A stretch of DNA of 64,000 nt from Paramecium tetraurelia (Eukaryota). The position numbers and the translations under genes are program-made. Every line of letters begins with the position of its first letter. Position 1 is the first letter of the stretch. The notes beneath the pieces are model-generated. The model was not told where the DNA came from. It made no database searches and was given only the letters and a program-made list of their open reading frames with translations. The stretch is taken from assembly GCA_000165425.1 (NCBI GenBank), contig CT868185.1, positions 248,001 through 312,000 of the forward strand. The letters are read 5' to 3'. Below are positions 56,076 to 64,000 of the stretch, one piece after another.

Positions 56076-58098
56076 GGTATTATTGTTGCTTTTTTGGTAT
56101 TTTATTTTTTTTTTATTTTTATTAATTTTGTTAGGTTAAGTCTCTATTCTACGTATTATCATCATCATTATTTTCATCATAATCTTTTAATGCTTCTAAA
56201 TACTATCCAAATGTAGATATAATCTAACTTCTTTTTTCTTAAAGTTGCTTTAGAATATCACTCATCTCCGCTATTGTCGCTTCAACTATTTATTTTTTTT
56301 ATTTTGTTCCCTATGCTACTTCATTCATTCTTTATTCCATAACAGCTCTTAAGTGTGGTTTATGCAATGTAAAACCTAACATTTCATAGGATTCTACTAA
56401 TGCTAACCCGAGTTTAGTTGGTTTTATAATTTATCCTTTTTTTATTGCATATTCTCTTTCTTAAATTGTATTGATATGTTCATGAATTGTGGCATCAGTT
56501 CCTATACCATTTTTATCCATCAATCCAATCAATTCAGATTCAGTCATAGGTTTGGGAGGAGAAGTTTTACCATTTTGAATTTTTAGTGTAATTTATATCA
56601 TATCACCTTTTTTATAATTTGGTACTTAAGATTATGACCATTCGTCATAGGGATAAATTTCTAAATAATTTTTTTCAAGAATCACCAATCCCTGTTTATA
56701 GAAGGATTCCTCCTAAACTTAAAGATTAACTGTTGTCTCAGAGCCTTTAGCATTCTTAGAGCAACATGCTAAGAAGTGTCTTGTAATTAATTAATAAATT
56801 TCCCATTCTTATTATGTTTAGGCATCTGATTCGCGCATCATTTTAACTGGATGTATTGGAGGATGGGCTTTGTCATCTTTATTACCTGCTCTTGGTTAAT
56901 CAAAGTTGCAATTAATCAAACTTTATGCAAACTCTCCCCATACAGGATGATTAACCTGATCTCTGATGATATTTTATAAATTAATAGTAGGTGGAAATTT
57001 ATTGGTTTCAGTTCTTGGATAACTAATAAAACCTCTATTATATAATTTCTCAGCTAATTCCATAGCTTTATGAGCAGATATTTTTAGCTTTTTTGAAGCC
57101 AATTTTTCAAATTCTATGGTTGATAAAGGGTAGGGTTTCCATTTCTGAACTTCTTTAGATTAAACATCCGTTATCTTTGCTTATTCTGTAAAACATCTTT
57201 CAAATAATATTAATACAATCATTTCATCAAAAATGTTGCCTCTACTCCAATTATACCCACATTTTGTTTAATCTTCGCATTAGATAAACCAAAATTTCTC
57301 TTTTACAAATGAATCAATTTCTTTTTGTCTTTATACTACAAATCCTAATGTTGGAATTTAACAAGGACCATAACTAATGACAGATTACAAATGAAATTGC
57401 TATTATAATAGTAGAGTTTGAAATCTAGTAAAAGATGCTCCTATTCTAAGATCGATTTCCTATCGAGCAAGTACAGAATTAGATAAATTTTCATCTGGCT
57501 ATTTTAAATTATCCAAAGCCTAAAATATAATATAATGACTATAAACTACTTTCTTAATATCAATATAGGTGACTGCTGAAAAATGAGCTCGATGTACTTA
57601 AATTTAAGGATTTGAATCCTTACAAACCTCCAGAACTTCAAATGCTATATTTTCACCTTCTCTATCACAATCTAACCACAGAATTAATTGACTACATTCC
57701 CGTGCAAATTATTTTAAATTCCCTTCCAAAAATCCTATTTTTAGTATCTTACAATACTCTTTTCATTAGGAATTATATTTTCAATTTCTGCATCCTTTAA
57801 TATAATGATGGGATCCCACTAATCCCATTTCTAATATTGCTTAGGGTATCTCAGACTCTTTAAATGCCCTGTAACTGATGTTATCCACATCTCAACCTCC
57901 TAGTCTCCAAACTTAAAATTGAATTTGAATAATTTGTTATATGGAGATTGGGTTTCTTCTACTGTGTGATCACGAGCAAGCACGTTTGCTATCGACCTGG
58001 CTACAGAGGGTTTCTCTGCCACATTGAGTACTTTGATTTTCCCAAACTATCTCTTTAAAACAGAAACATACCTTTATTCCTGTTCTAAAGTTATTCAT
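55177..58098 (-). CDS. TOP3: DNA topoisomerase III (alpha-like, type IA)
   Basis: [36 protein letters not shown]; active site [25 protein letters not shown]-terminal Zn ribbon and CCHC-like knuckle. Confidence 0.95.
55968..56075. repeat. (ATT/AAT)n microsatellite encoding poly-Asn in TOP3
   Basis: Run of tta/att triplets, read as Asn on the minus strand. Confidence 0.9.
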
Positions 58099-58266
58099 TA
58101 ATTAATTGAAATTAATTCAGCTTTCATAAAAAATAATTCGTTACAATAGTAACTTAAAAAATCATAGAAATGTATTACTAAAATCATGGATATTGATGAG
58201 CATAGTAGTTCATTTAAAAAAACAAATAAATTTTGACAAAATCAAATACAATTTTACATTTATCGA

Positions 58267-60180
58267 TCAAATTTTTTAATTTTTAAAATTTCTCTTTTTT
58301 ATCATAATATTAGAGGAATAGGAGTTTCATTAATAAATATACTTGATTAATATTCTATAGATACTTGTATAATTCAAATAAGTTAAACTTCTAGGTTGCT
58401 CATCTTGATGAAAAACACATAATCAGAATTTTCATCATTTGGTATTTGTATTGCATATTAGATGTTTTTCATTAAATCTAAACACACTAAAGTTTTCTCC
58501 TCTTTTCTAAATGCGAACAAGTAGGAACAATTCAAAAGCAATTTAATTGTAGTCTTTGTTTAGCTTGATAAACATTCTAATAATATTAATTAATGCATTA
58601 CCTCCTTTTTCATTGAGACCATAAAGCTTTGGAAATACCTATTTTTATTTTATTTAAGTTAAGTTAATCATTCCTGCTTCAATCTCGTAATTTTCCACTG
58701 AAGACCTTATATATATATGAAATTAATTCTATTCTGTTAATTTAAAAACACCTTCCACAACTGCAAAACACTCTTTTATACTAAATATTGTGCTAAATTT
58801 ATTGGAGTATTTCATATGTTTTTCAGATTTATCAATATCGAATCTTTTAGATGTGTTTTATTATATTTCTTTGATTTAATCAGTATCTAAGTAATTTCTT
58901 TTATCATTAGATCTTGCCAATTTTATAACTTTTTATTCTTCAGTTTACCTATCCTTATAACCCTTTAAAGGTGGAGGTTTTTGGGGCGATAAGCTTAATT
59001 CATGAACAATATCATTAGTTTTGTTCACAGATTAATCAGGAGGGGGTATGATCTTACTATTCATATTTTGAGTATTCTATTAAATAATATTATTTTAATA
59101 TTATTGCTAATTATCTTTGTACCCTCTTAAGGGTAATGGTTGATTTTAAGGGATAATATCAGTTATTTACTTTGCTGAATTAGCTCTAATAATATTGTCT
59201 GTTGATTGAATTTCTTAGGGTTCTGATAATAAATTTGGACTTTAAGATTGTACATAATAATCTTATTTCAGAGATGATTATTGTTCAAAGTGTTGATTTT
59301 TACGGACATCCTTTTATTTAGTTAATACTATATATTTTTGGGGTTTGTCATTTAATTTATTATTGTTGATATTAGTTGTTAAACCATTTCCATTTTCTTA
59401 ATGAATATAGTGATTCTTCTATGGTTGGTCTCTCTGTTAATTGTTGTCTCCTAAATTAAGGGGATCTTTTTAGATTTGAAAATCGCATTTTAATTAAATT
59501 TCTTTTAGCATGTTGTTGTTTTCAATTGTATTAGTCAATAATTTATCTTTTTAAAATATTGGGATAGATTGTTATTAAGCATATTATTGATGAGCTAGGA
59601 TTTTGTTATCATTTAATTTATGTTATAATTTATATTCCCTTTATCTTTTATTTTCTTTTATTTAATTAAACAAAGATTATTGAAGTAATTTTAATTCTTA
59701 TTCAGTCTTGACAAAATGCATCTTAATTTGTTTCTATAGTTCATTATATTAATGTTCGGTCTAATATAAACAATCCTTGAAGAAGTGAAGTTATTCATTA
59801 TCCAAATTTTAATATACATCAATTAATTTCTAAATTTTTGTATCCTCATCAATTTGATTCGGAAGTAGGTAATCTTGATATTATTAATATGATTAGATTT
59901 ATTCCTTCCAATTTTTATAGGTTTCAAAAAATGTTTGATTTATTAAGGATATTAAGGCATCCTCCTGATTAATCATTATTTTGTGGATTCTAGCCAATAA
60001 ATCTTAAAGCAAAGTGGCTTTCTTCTTATTTAATTTTGTATTTATGGTATTAATTAAATCTTCTTTCTCCAATACCTCATGGCCTTCATTTTGATGAGCC
60101 ACAATTGATTCCCAATCGTTTAAAATTCTATCCTGCTTGCATTGGGCACTCACACAAATAAAATAAGCTTCTTATAACAT
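58267..60180 (-). CDS. Hypothetical protein (coiled-coil, Q/N/P-rich middle)
   Basis: MLQEAYFICVSAQCKQDRIL... long open frame with tiny introns near the 3' end; end approximate. Confidence 0.7.
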
Positions 60181-60299
60181 AATTATTAAGTGTTTGCTTG
60201 GTTTTTCATTTATAAAGAGCAAAACTTAAGATAATCCTGTAAATATTATGAAAATAAGTATTTTTTAATTGTAAATTAAATTAAAATGATAATTATAAC

Positions 60300-61320
60300 A
60301 TCACATTAGTATAGGTTAGGATGATGTTCTTGTATATTGCTTAGTTTCAGTCATATTTCTAATTTCAAGAGCATTAGGATGGTTTATTACATCTTTAAAA
60401 GAGCGATACGATCTCTTTTTAATATTTTCATGAATGAGCTATGATCTATGCTTATTTTCTTTGATAGTGTCTTAACCTATAAAGGGATCTTGAGAACCAT
60501 TAGGAGATATATAATTGCTTAGGTGACGACTATGGATAGCTGTTTTGAAGTGGGATGGTGTATTAAATTCACAGATTCCTAATTAGAATGTCTTAAGTTA
60601 TTAACATAATAATTGTTATCAATATTTTTAGGAGTGTAAGTATGTTTCATATTTGATTTGAAAATATTCTATTTTACATAGTCATCGTCTTAATATTTCA
60701 ATTAACTATCAAACAATATAACTTAAATCATGTTTTATTTTTGTTATTCTCATTCATGTTCTTTTTGTATCATTATTTTATATTAAGATTTAAATTATCT
60801 TCTCCAGAAGGATTAGTAATAGTTTCTGTTCTTGATTATCTGGAATCTCTTTTTAGAATATCAGCATTTTTTGGGTCACTTAATATTAACATTTTATCCT
60901 TTTTAGTCATTATTTTAAATGGTTGCAAAACATATTGTGTTTCTTGTTTTTACTTTCTCAATAGGCTATGTATTTTTTTTAGATTCTGATGTGCTATTGC
61001 CTTTATGTATCTAAATTCAGGTTTGACATTGTCTAAAACTCTATCTAATTCTTATTGATTATGGTTTCAGGACCATAAAACTCAGCAAAACAATCATAAA
61101 TATTTGAGGATGCCATCTGAAAATGATCGGCTGTTTCAACAATACCATTTTACATTTATTGACAACCTCAACGAAGTCATTAATTATTCTTTTGTGAATA
61201 AGGTTTAGGTAATTAAATGTAATCGAGAGGATTCTTTTTCCAATATTTTTTCAGATTCACTCTAACTGGAGCATCATGCCAATTGTGAATTACTTAAACA
61301 TTTTTATTTAAAGGTTTCAT
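60300..61320 (-). CDS. Hypothetical or degenerate gene
   Basis: Coding-like minus-strand stretches; TGAs need unresolved introns or frameshifts. Confidence 0.4.
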
Positions 61321-61411
61321 AACTTTATATCACTTTTTTATAATTAATCCCCTTAACTTATTCAAGAAAAATAATTAACAAAATGCTTATTCATTTGATT
61401 CTCCCTAGTCT

Positions 61412-62339
61412 ATGTTTTTGGCAGCTTTAGCTTTTTTCTATCTGATTAAAACTCTATACAAGTTCTTATTAAGAGATTCTTTAAAAAAATAATCTTAATC
61501 AACTTAAAGTGATCCATTAAGAATATTATAGAAATTCTAAAAATTACCATCTATCAACATTCTATTATGTAAGTAACCACCCAAAATCAATTTATGAATT
61601 TCAGAATATCCTAGAATTCAGTCAGATGTGATAAAACATATCCCTAATTCTCATAACAATAATGACAATTAATTTAATTCTATCATATACATTGGACCAA
61701 TTATAACATAATTAGAAAGATAAAATGACTAGTTCTATATATACCAATTTTACTATGACTAATTAATTTTATTATTTTTCTCTCATGAATTTTAACAGAT
61801 AGGAGTCATTTTCAAGAAGAAACACCATACTGTCTCGTCCAAATAGATTGTATTCAATCTAGGATAGAAATTAAACTGAAGATCTTAAAATTTTAGTAGA
61901 ATTATCATGTAGAAGAAACTCTATCTAAGATCACCCTTCAACTCTTAGACAACCAAATTCATAAAGATGTTAAATATAAAAATATAGAAATCTTTATTTA
62001 TATGATAAAAAGCTTTTCAAAAATAGAAGGGAATCTAAATCATAGAAAGAAAATTGTCATGAATAAAAAGAATCGAAATTCTCTATCAAATTATAAATGC
62101 CATAAACTCATCTCAAATAAGAAGAAGAAATGAAGATTTTTAAACTCAAATTAATGAAATCAGAAGTTATTAGAAATAGGATTCCTGAAATTTCAAAAGA
62201 TGCGAAGCCTAATAATTTTCGTAATAATAAAAAAATGTCTAATCTAAATCTTGAACCTCTTAAATTCGCAAACTTAGTCGTTTTACCTTCGGTTAGAGGA
62301 TGGGATAATAATAACTAAAGCTCTTACAGATCTAATTGA
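61412..62339 (+). CDS. Hypothetical protein
   Basis: 3' part KIFKLKLMKSEVIRNRIPE...SSYRSN-TGA is clear; 5' structure uncertain. Confidence 0.5.
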
Positions 62340-62633
62340 TGAATTATTAATGTTTTTTGTTTCCATTTATATACTTATGATACATATCAATAATAATTGT
62401 CTTGGATTCGACCTATTCTACAAAATAATTACGTATTTATCATCTCTCGAATTATGACTCAAATTAATTCTATAAATAGGTTACAAAAACCAGCTATTTA
62501 TAATATAATTCTATACTTTTTAATGAATAAATTGTACTGAATAGGAAAGTCTGATATTTTTTGGTTATAATAATAAAAAAGAAGGTCTTATTTTCAATAT
62601 TTAGAATAATATAATTAATTACATCAATAATTT

Positions 62634-63663
62634 TCATAGTCTTTAACCATTTCTCCACTAGTATACTACTGGTTCTTGATTTGCACTTATTAATTTACCT
62701 TCTCCATGCTGTTTACCATTTAACCAATAGCCTTCATATTTTTTTCCGTTGCTCCATTCCATTACCCCAAAACCATGTTTTTCATCGAATTCATAATTAC
62801 CTTCATATTTTCTTCCGTCAGGCCATATTTGAGTACCAGTTCCATGCATCATATCATTTTTCCAATAACCCTCATAATATCTCCCATCAGCCCATGTATA
62901 TTTGCCAAAACCATTCATTTTATTATCCTCCCATTATCCATCATATTTACTGCCATCAGCCCATCTGTATATTCCTTAACCGTTTTTCAAGCCTTTTGAG
63001 TACTGTCCTTCATATTTGCTTCCATCTACCCATGTTTCACAACCAGTTCCATGATATAGATCTTAATCCCAATCTCCTTCATATCTAGATCCATCTTTAT
63101 GCATGTATACTCCATATCCTTGTGCTTTATCATCCCTCCAAAAACCTTCATAAATATCCCCATCAACATGGTAGAATATACCATAACCATTTGCTTAATT
63201 GTTTCTCCATTCTCCGATATACCGTGCTCCATCCTTCCAAATTTATTCGCCAAAACCATCTCTAACCTCTCCTAACTATTATGATCTATTGAATTACCCA
63301 ATCTCCATCATAGAGCAAATTACTATCAGACTTTTTCTTCTCTGTATTCTATTGTTATAACGATTAACTAAGTTCAAATTTTTGATAAGGAGTTTAAAGT
63401 GAATTAAACTCTTTATAAGACTTAATGCTTTAGAAGTAACAATTTTATCCTTAAGGTGCTTCGTTTCTGTGTGAAAACTTTGATGATTTTTGATAACAAT
63501 TATTGGTTGACTGATATATTGTTTCAGTATTATGCCTTCTTTAATTTAAAAGTTTCCTTTCGCTAATTAATTATTTCCTTATGCCGTTTGATCTCTCACT
63601 CCTTGTGATCAATATTTAAGTTGGTTCTTCCTAAGCTTGTAAGCATTTACATTCATTTCCCAT
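62634..63663 (-). CDS. MORN-repeat protein with N-terminal acylation motif
   Basis: MGNECKCLQ start; about 10 YEGxW..GxG repeats at 62640-63280; TGA at 62634-62636. Confidence 0.93.
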
Positions 63664-64000
63664 AATTTTATTTATTTACAATGATTATTACTTGTAATAC
63701 ACTTTCAAATTTTCTTACTTACTAGTTATAATTTTAAAATTTATTGTTTTTCTTCATAATTTCTAAATCACAAATTTCACATTTATTAAAATAATATCAT
63801 AAACAAGTTTTGACTTTAGATACTATTTTGAAACATTTTTCATGTATTTATATTTATATTCACTATAATATTAGAATATATCAATTAATTGTTAATTTAA
63901 AATAATTATAATCAATGATTAATTTCATTATTACTTTATTTAACAATAATACCTTGTATTTCAATATTAAAAGCTAAGAGAATAATAATTAAATTTAGTA

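Noticed and set aside
55935..56216. ORF-track poly-Ile 'membrane protein'
   Set aside because: Antisense of the TOP3 poly-Asn microsatellite.
58053..58071. 19-nt intron in TOP3
   Set aside because: A 25-nt intron from the same donor ending in TAG also keeps the frame and is the modal Paramecium size.
62681..63088. His-rich plus-strand ORFs (likewise the minus-strand ORFs at 14276-14735)
   Set aside because: Antisense shadows of MORN repeats.

Overview
AT-rich, gene-dense eukaryotic DNA from a ciliate macronuclear (MAC) scaffold, most likely Paramecium of the aurelia group. Genes read only with the ciliate code (TAA/TAG = Gln, TGA = sole stop) and carry 20-30 nt GT..AG introns, so the supplied standard-code ORF track is fragmentary. 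Manual translation gives about 30 protein genes. These include a giant coiled-coil protein, a hybrid histidine kinase, calcyphosin-like EF-hand, enkurin, two MORN proteins, B-box, CKS, three protein kinases, a PTB-like RRM protein, a secreted C39-like peptidase homologue, a ~3100 aa Cys-rich multi-TM surface protein, cyclin, MFSD1-like transporter, truncated haemoglobin, PTEN, AN1 zinc finger and topoisomerase III. No RNA genes, CRISPR arrays or transposons were recognised. Best leads: (1) a 65 bp TA-bounded IES-like insertion retained in a decaying Myb gene; (2) a kinase frame running without a stop into the truncated-haemoglobin gene; (3) a Cys->Ser C39-like pseudo-peptidase; (4) a CKS lacking most phosphate-pocket residues; (5) divergent gene pairs with ATGs only 12-15 nt apart. 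Coordinates are hand-derived, and exon boundaries and some starts are approximate.
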